DNA of 22,450 bases, from the NCBI GenBank assembly GCA_000934665.2, contig KZ538313.1, positions 62,001 through 84,450 of the forward strand, given 5' to 3'. Source of the DNA: Catajapyx aquilonaris (taxonomy: Eukaryota). This document shows, piece by piece, positions 10,452-20,803 of the stretch; positions within the stretch are counted from its first letter, which is position 1, and every line of letters begins with the position of its first letter. The translations under genes were made by a program, and so were the position numbers. The notes under the pieces were generated by a model. That model was not told the origin of the DNA. It worked only from the letters and a program-made list of their open reading frames with translations, and ran no database searches.

Positions 10452-11084
10452 ACAGCTTTTAAATATGTCACCGAAAGGTCTAATGACAGGTATGAAGGAA
10501 TGACATATTCCTAACTCAATATTGAGTACAATATATTTCATTTTAATCAATTTGCAAGTGAGAGGTTTTTTTTGTCTCACTTGGAAAGCATAATGTCTGA
10601 AATGTGTTTAGCAAGCCATGTTTCCATTTTAATTCCAAAGAAATTGAATTTGTATGGAGCAATGTCAAGCGGCGCATTGTGGATTGCCACAAAGCATCTG
10701 TTGTGTACACTAAAATGAGAAAGGAAATTTCAATTGGCAATTTCGTCCTCATCATCATAATTCGGTGGTAATTTTCAAAAAAAAAAAACAGTCTACCTCT
10801 CCTTTTTCATTATTGACAGATATTTTATAAGATGTGAAACTGGTGTTCAGGATATTATTATTAATATGAAAAAATTAATAGAAAACAATCTTATCCATAA
10901 TGGGAATTATAATATTATTTTGTCACTCAGTACATAATTATTTTTACATATCCGCGCATTAATATATTACTCTCACGTAAACCGGTATACGAGTCATATG
11001 CACAGTTTTTTCATGCTAGAGACGCAGAAATCACACGTAAATGTTGTAGACACCGAGACGAGTAAAGAATATTACCGTAATATA

Positions 11085-11508
11085 CAGGGTGTATATGAAC
11101 TCAGTGCCCCGACATATATGACTGCCTTCCTAGCCACCAGAGGATCGATTTAAGTATAGGAGTCATATGTCTGGGCAGCCTCATTACTGAGATACACTCT
11201 TTAGCGATTTTTGCCTAATCGCTCCTTCTGACTCTTAAATAGAATTTTCTGGTGTAACTAGCCAAAGAGGCCTTACCACCTGTGGGCAACAAACCAACAA
11301 AGTCCCGCCCCCAGACCTTCCAGAGCCTTCTGACTGGGGGAGGGTTCGATGGGTGGCCTAACCGACAGGATATTTTGTACTACATGTTTGCGGCCAATTA
11401 TCTCCGTAATGCGGCGGCCAAACATAATGACTCCTATACTTAAATCGATCCTCTGGTGGCTAGGAAGGCAGTCATATACGTCGGGGCACTGAGTTCAGAT
11501 ACACCCTG
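11085..11508. mobile_element. Non-autonomous Tc1/mariner-type MITE, 424 bp, about 110-bp terminal inverted repeats, TA target duplication
   Basis: The left end TA|CAGGGTGTATATGAACTCAGTGCCCCGACATATATGACTGCCTTCCTAGCCACCAGAGGATCGATTTAAGTATAGGAGTCAT is the reverse complement of the right end (...GAGTTCAGATACACCCTG|TA), with 2 mismatches in the first about 82 bp and looser pairing to about 110 bp. TA lies at 11083-84 and 11509-10. No internal ORF. Confidence 0.92.
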
Positions 11509-11799
11509 TATAATCTACTACAATATTGAACTTGGACATGGAAATGCCTAAGTTACGTTATTTTGTAGGTGAAATCAGGTCAACATTACTTGGTAAAAAT
11601 ATATATATTTTATATAATTATAATTAGGCTCTCATAGTTGAGAGTTTAGACTCTATAGACGTACTGAAGCTGGCAACTGTCTCCTTCGACCTCCCCCCTA
11701 ATTTGAGTGCTGATAGTTGGCAGAATATTGTACTAGAAAACAGGCATTACTGTTTCTCAATCTACTATATACCATTTAGCCTACCATTGCATTGTTGTA

Positions 11800-12448
11800 T
11801 TTACAAAGCTAGACACAATAAAAATGGACACAAACAGATGTGTCTGTTTTTGAATAATAATAATTAGTCAATAAAAAATCGTTACCATTTCTAGCACTAA
11901 CTAGCAGGGATCTATTTCATTCTAGAACATTAGCTTCAGTCATTAGCTTGGGATTAATATTACATGGGTATATCTCTCCATCCATTTTAGCCGCTTGCAA
12001 TCAAGCTAGAAGCACTCAGGAAAGTGGCAAAAATGTTGCCAACGTGTCTTTGAACATGTCATTATTCTACTGAGCAATAATCAGTTACCAGGAACTATTA
12101 TGTATAATATTCAAGGGTCCCATTCCGGAAATTCTTACATCGCAGACCCTGCGTGCAACCAAACATTTCAAGTGCATTTGAGGCCTGGACATGGAAGGCT
12201 GCGGCATGTGATTGCTTGCAGGCCTCCTCACTCTGGCCACAGTTCAGGCTGGAAAATTGGACGGAAACCGAATACATTTTGTGAAGGAAGGTGTGAGTGA
12301 AGTTGACATGTTGAAGGACTTGGTTCAACTTGGGTATTCTGCGCTCCAAAGAGAGGACTTGAAGTCGTGTGCGCTGGTCCTGTCCACACAATCGGATTCA
12401 TATGAAACTGTTGACCTCGATGAAATATTGGCCGGACAATCTGACAGG
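11800..12448 (+). repeat. Diverged partial duplication of the upstream region and 5' coding end of the 8421-10451 IR gene (source about 7775-8678)
   Basis: Colinear shared blocks: ttacaaagc..agacacaataaaa, tattacatgg..tatctc.ccatccattt..gcc.cttgcaatca.gc.agaagcactcaggaa, aggaact, accaaac.tttc.agt.cattt, and then the coding start. The source carries about 260 extra bp (about 8056-8320). Confidence 0.85.
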
Positions 12449-12451
12449 TAA
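12191..12451 (+). pseudogene. Truncated IR pseudogene fragment (N-terminal about 85 codons of an IR 8421-10451 paralog)
   Basis: ATG GAA GGC TGC GGC ATG TGA: codon 7 is TGA (12209-11) where the intact gene has TGC. It continues LLAGLLTLATVQAGKLDGNRIHFVKEGVSEVDMLKDLVQ...EDLKSCALVLST...ILAGQSDR, and homology then stops abruptly. Confidence 0.85.
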
Positions 12452-12789
12452 CTATCGTTGGGGAGTTAGAACCTTTTTGAATATTGTTTTTATTACACCA
12501 GGGAATGGATCCCAACTTGACCCAACTATTAGGCCAATCTATCCATCTCTACCAGTACCACGGTCAACATAACTCTCTGCATTTGGTTGGAAATTGATGT
12601 CAAACATTAATGTCGATTTCATCTCTCAAACACATGTACAGTATTTTTGATTCGTCTTACTATTGCTGGATTTGAAGCTCAGTCCACCAAAAAAGGGTGA
12701 AATGAGACCCAAATTGAGTACTGACAAAACAGCAGATTAGTGTTATGAAATGCTGGTAGCATAATTTGATATTAATATTCCGTTATATA

Positions 12790-15460
12790 CCTCTCGCTTA
12801 ATTGGGCCTAAGCAAATTGCTCTGTTCTATCTCAGAAACGTTCACTATCTTGAACATACAACTGTACATGGACTTAATGGGTCAATATCATAACAATGAT
12901 CGTACTGATCAGCTTATAAAGGCTCCCCTGGTTATTTAGGGGGAAATCAATAGTATTAATCATTACACGTACACAAATGCTATGGAATTGCAGGCCTATA
13001 TATTTTAATGATGCTGTTGCAGTCATTAAAGCAGACAAACTTGACGAGTAACAATAATTGTTACTATATACAACGGTATTATTTTTAAATTGTTTATTGC
13101 TGCATGTTACTCTGGCACAAATTGGCGCGGATTGTCGCCCAATGTATCTGGAACCAGGCAGGTAATTAGATCAGTAAACAAAATAATGATGGAGGCAATA
13201 ATGCTCCTTTTATTTCTAGAAGCGGATGTTTACGGCACTATTGTAACTTGTTCCGTGTTTCACATTGTATTAGTTGGACCGGACTCGACATGACATATGT
13301 GAAGCCAGTATGAATGGACTTTTCTTGCATCCAATAAAAGAATGTCCCAATCAATATATTGTGGCAATTGTGCGATACAATACCTTTTTTCAGATATTTA
13401 TGTACATACATAGTTTGTATATTTATGGCCGGTTCTTGCGTTCCACGTATAAAATGAAAGGTACTTCATAATAGTGTCCTAAATCCAATGTGGACATTGC
13501 GAGCATAGCGTTAACAAATGGGAAAAATAAACACTGATTCTATATGTGCTAATGCTAATGACATGCAATAGGCCTATATGTCATAAGCATAATTGCCTCT
13601 ATGCAGTGTCTATAGGGCATCCCATCAGTGTGGACCTCATTTCATTGTTTGTATGCGGAACATATCAGGTCATAACCATTCTGAATTAGCCCTAACTTTC
13701 GTATCAGTCGTCCAACCAGGCCACAATGGAGACCACATCACCCGTGTGCAAGAGAGATGACCAGGAGACATCCCGACTGTGCCTGGGACCCTATACCCTC
13801 CTCCGCACTGCTTCCCTGACTATTCCCAGTCCTTCACCACAGCGGTTGGAGTGTTCTGGACGTGCATGGGCGTCGTGGGCACAGTGGCCAATCTCCTGGT
13901 GCTGCTGGCCGTACCATACGCCAGGAGAAGGTGCGCCGACTCTAGGAGTCCGTTGAAAAACTGCACGACAGTCCTCCTTCTCAGCATGTGCTGCTCTGAA
14001 GGTCTCTATTGCGGCACAGTCTTGTCAGTCATGGGAATCACCTACTTCTACAGAGAGTGGAAATTTGGATACATGTACTGTCAATACAGTGCAATTTTCG
14101 GTGATTTCTTCAAGGAAACGGCTACCTTATCCTTATCAGCTGCTATACTGTGCAGGTACAGTACAATGAAGCACTTGGGTGAACAGTACCTATATATCTG
14201 CCCATAAATCACTGTAGTACTGCATTTAATTAACTTGTAGAAAAATATTTACTTTACATTTCAATATGTAGCCTAATCCACATGTAATATGTCAAAAAAT
14301 GAGCAACCTATTTAAACAGTGTATAAAAATCCCAGAATTGTGCTCGTCTAATATTGATATAGGCAGACGAATGACGACTAAACCATTGTAGTTGTCTTGA
14401 TGTGCTATATGTTTCAGAACCTTAGCAATTTGGTGGCCCAGAGTAAAGAGGTTAATTTTTGATCCTGGTGGTGCCATACCAGTCGTGGTTCTTCTGTGGC
14501 TCATTACAACCATCATTAATGCTTTACAATTGGTAAGTTACAAAGTGAATGGCCTGGCAAGAGGAGACGACTGAATTATAAGAGTGAATTTGGCTTCAGT
14601 AAATAAGCAGTTACATTAATTTGCAGGGGTATGGAGAATTTGGCTACAGCTGCACAGTCGGATTCTGTCAAAATGTCAACAGAGATTCTCTTATACATTT
14701 GATAAGTTTCTTTATTGTTGGACTGATACCTTTTGCCGTGATACCGATATGCTTCATTTTAACTGCAGTGAAAATTAATGAGTCCACTTCTGACCTGAAG
14801 CAATTCAAGTGAGTATCTAATGAAGTTCTTACTTGGGATGTTCGCTGACTTCAATTCCTGTCCTTATTATTAACAGGGGCATATCTGATTCGACCCTTGA
14901 GATTCTGAGAAAAAGAGAGAGGCAAGTGACCACACACATGCTCATTCTGACCTTCACTTACTTCTTGCTACAGACCTTATACATTGGGATAGTATTTTTT
15001 GGAGGTACGGATGTATGGTCGACGCCATACATTTATTACACCTTTCTCATGCAGGGATATTTTGCACTAAATGTCTTCCTTTACTTCTACAGGTGAGTTG
15101 TTTTATTAATTACGTGTAAATTAGAATAATAGTGTGCATTAATGATGTCATGACTCATGAGTCAGAAATCACGTGGTTTAACATTTTGAAAAATATTGCC
15201 AGGAAAAGTTTGTGTGATATAGTTGGCATAGTCCAAAGAAAAGTATATCCTTAGCTTATTTTTAAACTTCAAGTGTTAGTAAATAAGTTATAAGGACTGT
15301 ATTTTTAATACTACTTTCTTAACAGGATCAAGGCATACACGAATGCAATCAGATTGTTCCTTCATCTGTAGCCGCATGGATGAAGAAACTGTCACCATCA
15401 ATATGCAGAATAAAACTCGACACAATTCTCACCTCGAAAGTAATTTTTATTTTCTTTTTG
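12790..15460 (+). repeat. Tandem duplication unit A (upstream region plus GPCR gene)
   Basis: Aligns colinearly with 16465-19400, from cttaatt..gcctaagc.aatt.ctc.gttctatctc..agaaacgttcac through the last exon (cacaattc.c.cctcgaaa). Confidence 0.9.
13726..15371 (+). pseudogene. Tre1/moody-like class A GPCR, copy A; frameshifted (probable pseudogene)
   Basis: Exons 13726-14155, 14418-14532, 14627-14808, 14877-15092 and 15326-15371, all GT-AG with phases 2,0,2,2 as in copy B. A net +2 nt difference at about 13792-13796 (ccc tatac cct versus ccc tcc cct in copy B) breaks the frame after about 22 codons. The last exon lacks 10 nt (agatttatca) present in B and stops at 15369-71. Confidence 0.75.
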
Positions 15461-16464
15461 GAAGGAGCGTAAACGTCACATGCTATGAAACGGATCATGC
15501 TCTGAATGAAGTAGCTACCTGCATGGCCTTTCATTTTAATAGGTTCAAAAAGATAAATGCGTTGCTGCCTTCCTTATACAGCAAGAGAATGGCAGGGAGC
15601 CTTGACTTGCGATGTCACCTGTACAGTGTGGATGAATTATTATTATTACAATAAAGAGCATATTATATGTTTACAATTAAATGTCAAGTGAATAATACGT
15701 TAATATCTGAGTAATGGCGCCTATTTAAATTGCTCGCTTCTACATATCTCTCCCGAAACGAGCACCAACTCAGCTTGAATGAATTTTATTGCACCCCAAT
15801 GGTATAGCCTTGCGGGAATATCACATGAAGTGGCAACAGGTGTAATTGACATGGCAGCTGCTGTCTTTTATTCAGATGTATCTCTATAAGGTAGACTTGA
15901 CCCCCCCGTGCCTCTTTGTCGCACCAGGGTTCATCATTCGGACACCATGACCGGTCATCAAGTAGTGGTACTGTACCTCATTTTCCAATGTGGCTTGTGC
16001 TACTCATCAGCCTGATCATACACTCTCTCCCTTTCTGCATATTCTGCAAGCGGAATGCCCCAGGAAATGAATAGAGAAGATGCAGTGTTCTCTATTAATT
16101 TGTGACCCAGCTGTCCTATACCCCTCTCGCATACTATATAATAGAGCAGCCACGAGACTCAGCCAGAATATCCAGATTCTTTACTTTTAAAGCACTCTTC
16201 TTAATGTTTGCAATAATAACAGTCACTTTGTAAAGTACCCTAAGTCAAAGCTAGTGTCAATCATTACATATCCGCCATTGGAGAAACTGCCACAAGATAT
16301 TCAAGAATATATTGTCCCCAAAATGTTATTACATGTTGATATTTTGGTATTTTGATATGCTCGCCAATGGCTAATTGTAACTAGGCCACGTTTTTAAACA
16401 CACATTTGCGAAAGAATACAAGAAATGACATGCCAATAAGCTCATAATATGAGCTAATAAATAA

Positions 16465-19400
16465 TTTTCTCTTAATTACGCCTAAGCGAATTTCTCGGTT
16501 CTATCTCGCTGTCAGAAACGTTCACCATCATGAATATACTGTACATGGATAATGGATTTAATGTGTCAATACCATAACAATGATCGCACTGATCAGCTTA
16601 GTCAGGCTGTCCTGATTATATTAGGGGGGAATCAATATTATTAATCATTACATGTACACAAATGCTATGGAATTGCAGGTCTACATATTTTAATGATGCT
16701 GTTACAGTCACTAAAGCAGACAAACTTGACGAGTAACAATAATATATTGTTAATAATATTCAACAGTGTTATTTTTAATCGTTTATTGTTGCATGTTACT
16801 GTGGCACAAATTGGCGTGGATTGTCGCCCAATGAAACATATCTGGAGCCAGGTAATTAGGTCAGTAAACAAAATAATGACAGAGGCAATGCTACTTTTAT
16901 TTCTAAGCGGATGTTTACGGCACTATTGTAACTTGTTCCGTGTTTCACATTGTATTAGTTGGACCGGAGTCGACATGACATATGTGAACTCAGTATGAAT
17001 AAACTTTTCCTACATCCAATAAAAGAATGTCCCAATATTATTGTGTGATGCAATAACTTTTTTCAGATATTTCTGTACATCGTTTGTATATTTCGGGCCC
17101 GTTCTTGCATTCCACGTATAAAATGAAAGGTACTTCATAAGTATAGTGTCTTAAATCCGATGTGGACATTACGAGCATAGCGATAAGTTTTTATATCAAC
17201 AAATGGTAAAAATAAACACTGATTCTATATGTGCTAATGACATGCAATAGGCCCATGTCACAATCATAATTACCTGCAGTGTCTATGGCATCGCATCAGT
17301 GTGGACCTCATTTCATTGTTTGTACGTGGAACATATAGCCTACATCAGGTCATAAACATTCTTAATTAGCCCTAATTACTGTCGTACCAGTCTTCCAACC
17401 AGACCAATGGAGACCACATCACCCGTGTGCAAGAGAGATGACCAGGAGACATCCCGACTGTGCCTGGGACCCTCCCCTCCTCCGCACTGCTTCCCTGACT
17501 ATTCCCAGTCCTTCACCACAGTGGTCGGAGTGTACTGGACGTGCATGGGCGTCGTGGGCACAGTGGCCAATCTCCTGGTGCTGCTGGCCGTACCATACGC
17601 CAGGAGAAGGTGCACAGACCCTAGGAGTCCCCTCAGACACTGCATGACAGTCCTCCTTCTCAGCATGTGCTTCTCTGAAGGTCTCTATTGCGGCACAGTC
17701 TTGTCAGTGATGGGAGTCACCTACTTCTACAGAGAGTGGAAATTTGGATACACGTATTGCCCAATCAGTGGTTTTTTATGTGATTTTTGCAAAGCAACGG
17801 CTACCTTATCCTTATCAGCTGCTATACTGTGCAGGTACAGTACAATGAAGCACTTGTGGCAAAATTACTTATATCTGCTCATTAATGGAACTGCAACTGA
17901 TTTTTTATACAAACTGATGTTATTCTGCACTACGTGGTTATTTAGTCAAAGGCACAAACCATGCAATGTGTTGAAAATAATAACTAACCAATTTCAACGG
18001 AGTTCCATAATAATGAGCCCATGTAAATGATTTTGGTAGACTTAATTGGCAACCAAAACATGCTTGTTGTCTTGATGTGCTACATGACTGTCACACCTTC
18101 CGTTTCAGAACCTTAGCGCTATGGTGGCCCAGGACCAAAGCTTTGATTTTCGAACCTGGTGGAGCCATACCAGTGGTGATCCTTATATGGCTCATTGCAA
18201 CCATCATTCACGCCTTACAACTGGTGAGGTCTAACATCTGGTAGATATGGCCTATTAAATGCGTGGTCAATATTCTTCAACACTATATAGGGCTATACTT
18301 AAGCAATTATTACACTAATATTGCAGGTGCATGGAGAATATGGGTACAGCTGCACAGTTGGATTCTGTCAAAATATCGACAAGGCTTCCATTAGCCATTG
18401 GATTGGTTTCTTTATTCTCGGAGTGATCCCTTGCGTAATGATTATGATATTCTTGATTCTGAGTGTAGTTAAAATTAACGGGTCCACTTCTGACCTGAAA
18501 CAATTCCAGTGAGTATCTAGTACTGTTCATACTGGGAGGTTAACTGGCTTTAATTCCAGTCCTTGTTATTAACAGAGGAATATCCGATATGACTCTTGAG
18601 ACGTTGAGAAAAAGAGAGAGGCATGTGACCTCACAATTGCTCTTGCTGAGCTTCACTTACTTCTTACTAACCATCTTACTGCTGGCGATAATATTATTTG
18701 GAGGCACGGATGTATGGTCGGCGCCATACATTTATTACACCTTTCTCATACAGGGATATTTTGCAATAAATGTCTTCCTTTACTTCTACAGGTGAGTTGT
18801 TTTATTAATTATGTGTTAATTAGAATAATGGTTGCGCATTAATTATGTCATGAGTCAGAAATCAGCGTGGTTTAACATTTTGAAAATATTTTTCCGCAAT
18901 AAGTTCCCACATTTCTGACACCTTACAGCTCTTCATTTATGATGAACATTAGTATTGTGAAACTCACAGGCAGAGTACCACATTTTTTTGTTTACTGTAA
19001 TAATCATGATGCTGCAACAATACGGTGTGATCATTTGAATTGCAATTAATTTGAACGTTTTGTAATCGCATCACCATTACTGCAGTGATAAAAACCTAAA
19101 AGATTGCCAGAAAAAGTTTCTGTGATACAGTTTGCATAGTGCTAAACAAGTCTTTCCTCAGCTTATTTTTAAACACCAAGTATTAGTACGTAAATAAGTT
19201 ATAGGTCTGAGGACTGAATTTTTAATACTACCGTACTTTCTCAACAGGATCAAGGCATACACGAATGCAATCAGATTGTTCCTTCAAGATTTATCATCTG
19301 TAGCCTCATGGATGAAAAACTTTCACCGTCAATAATAATTATTATTCAGAAAAAAATGCGACACAATTCGCGCCTCGAAATTATTTTTTTATCCTTTGTG
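16465..19400 (+). repeat. Tandem duplication unit B (upstream region plus GPCR gene)
   Basis: Paralogous to 12790-15460; carries about 210 extra bp in intron 4 (about 18891-19101). Confidence 0.9.
17407..19335 (+). CDS. Tre1/moody-like (rhodopsin family) GPCR, copy B; 5 exons, 342 aa, intact
   Basis: Exons 17407-17834, 18109-18223, 18327-18508, 18576-18791 and 19248-19335 total 1029 nt in one open frame with canonical splice sites. Seven hydrophobic segments: TM1 GVVGTVANLLVLLAVPYA; ECL1 WKFG..YC; TM3 end LCRTLALWWP; TM4 ILIWLIA; ECL2 GEYGYSCTVGFC (like the GRFGYD...C of moody/Tre1); ICL3 RKRERHVT; TM7 FAINVFLYFYR; helix 8 AYTNAIRLFL. Confidence 0.85.
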
Positions 19401-19836
19401 AATAAGTATAGCGCACGTACTTAAGGACAATTATTATTAAAATGTGCAACCCTGAGGTGAAGATCTCGGCATGGTTATAAATAATTGTTCGTAGTGAAAT
19501 TGTCATAGCACTTGGGCTAACAAGATAACACATTTAAATATCCCGTTCACTGTTACGTAGCTACTGTACAGTACAAGCAAAACAGGTTCAAAACGATTTC
19601 TTGGCTTTCTTGGAAGTATCTCGTGAATAAGAATGGCCATGTGGTTCACCAAATTGAGAAAATCTATACGTCATAGTTGTGTTCCTACTGCAGAAATATG
19701 GTCGGACGTTTGCCAAGAAGTGATTAATGGAACCTTAAAAATATTGATATTTCTCTGCCTCATAGCATAGTCAATAGAGCACCGAAGTTCAATTTGCAAT
19801 TCTTGGTATGTTCACTCACTCTGTGCTTGTCCAGCT

Positions 19837-20803
19837 ATGGACATCTACGAGGCATTTGGACCGATATCCCTTCTGTCGCGGACAGTTGGACTGTTTTCCG
19901 CGGTTAGGACAAAGCAGGGGGGATATTCCAGGAGGTGGTTCCTCTTCCTGATTGCACCGGTTTTTTACCTTTTGGTCAACCTCTTTGGATTGGTTTTTCA
20001 CATGTTTGGAGAAGTCAAGTTTTCCTTATCTAGAAAGCGTAAAAGCTGCCAACACATCCATTAGCATTTTCATCGCGAATGTGACAGCCATTTCGATCTA
20101 CCTCACACTGTCGCGCCACTGCAATGGAATATGCAAACTGCTTCGACAAATTTACGAATTTGACAATCGCTTTCCTGGAGTCGAAAAGGCTAATGGAAAG
20201 GTTAAAATTGGGTCCCAAATTATCTGCGCTTCATATGCGATTTTCGCCGTAACTATTATAACGTTGCGAGCGGTGTCAGTCCCAGATATGATTTCCGGAT
20301 TGTTTGGCACTCTCTGGATGATAGTTTTGTCCGCATCCACATTCGCGTTGATGCAAGTCATCTTCTTTTCCGAGTCTATTCGAGCTAGGTTCAAATATGT
20401 GAACCAATCGGTTCGAGAGGTCACTTCTCACCTGCCCCAGACCATTTCTTCAGACGAAATTTTCCAACCCCGCCTGCAGAAATTCCCCCCTCGCCATGAC
20501 GTGTCAATCTTCTCTCCTGGACATCCAGAAGATTGACACGTCATGGTTCGACCTGGACAGCAAGATTCTGTTCCAGTCTCTGGTCACCAAGATAACCTGT
20601 CAACAACCCGAAATCTCAGCCTGGTTTTTCAACATCAGAAGCAATATTCTTATTGCTGTACGTTAGGCTCATAATCAGGCCATTTTAATCAATTCCTAGT
20701 TTCAGCTTATTCTGATTCCTGTCTTTCATTTACCTCTCTTCAGATGGTAAATTCAGTCATCACTCTACTAGTCATCATGGCACAGTTCAAACAAGCAGAA
20801 TAG
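19837..20803 (+). pseudogene. Gustatory receptor (7tm_7 family) pseudogene with a frameshift and an internal deletion
   Basis: GR-type N-terminus MDIYEAFGPISLLSRTVGLF. A +1 frameshift at about 20020-20027 leads into ...YLESVKAANTSISIFI...IRARFKYVNQSV. The frame changes again at about 20490-20514 into LLDIQKIDTSWFDLDSKILFQSLVTKITCQQPEISAWFFNIRSNILIA. A phase-0 intron 20658-20743 (gtacgt...ctcttcag) precedes the last exon MVNSVITLLVIMAQFKQAE* (20744-20803), which matches the GR TM7 signature TYLVILxQF. The expected TM5-TM6 region is absent. Confidence 0.82.
20494..20546. repeat. Perfect 20-bp inverted repeat with a 13-nt spacer at the GR deletion junction
   Basis: CCATGACGTGTCAATCTTCT (20494-20513) / ctcctggacatcc / AGAAGATTGACACGTCATGG (20527-20546) are exact reverse complements. 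Confidence 0.95.

Noticed and set aside
13090..13471. ORFs 13090-13293 and 13274-13471, and paralogous 16693-16998, in the duplicated upstream region
   Set aside because: Indels between the two copies do not preserve the frames, so the region is non-coding.
15343..15654. 103-aa ORF as an independent gene
   Set aside because: It overlaps the last GPCR exon out of frame and runs into 3' sequence; the frame is not preserved in copy B.
15940..16460. Signal-peptide-like mini-ORF (MTGHQVVVLYLIFQCGLCYSSA*) and short palindromes (aatagagaa..ttctctatt; agctcata-a-tatgagct)
   Set aside because: Too short to distinguish from chance in AT-rich DNA.
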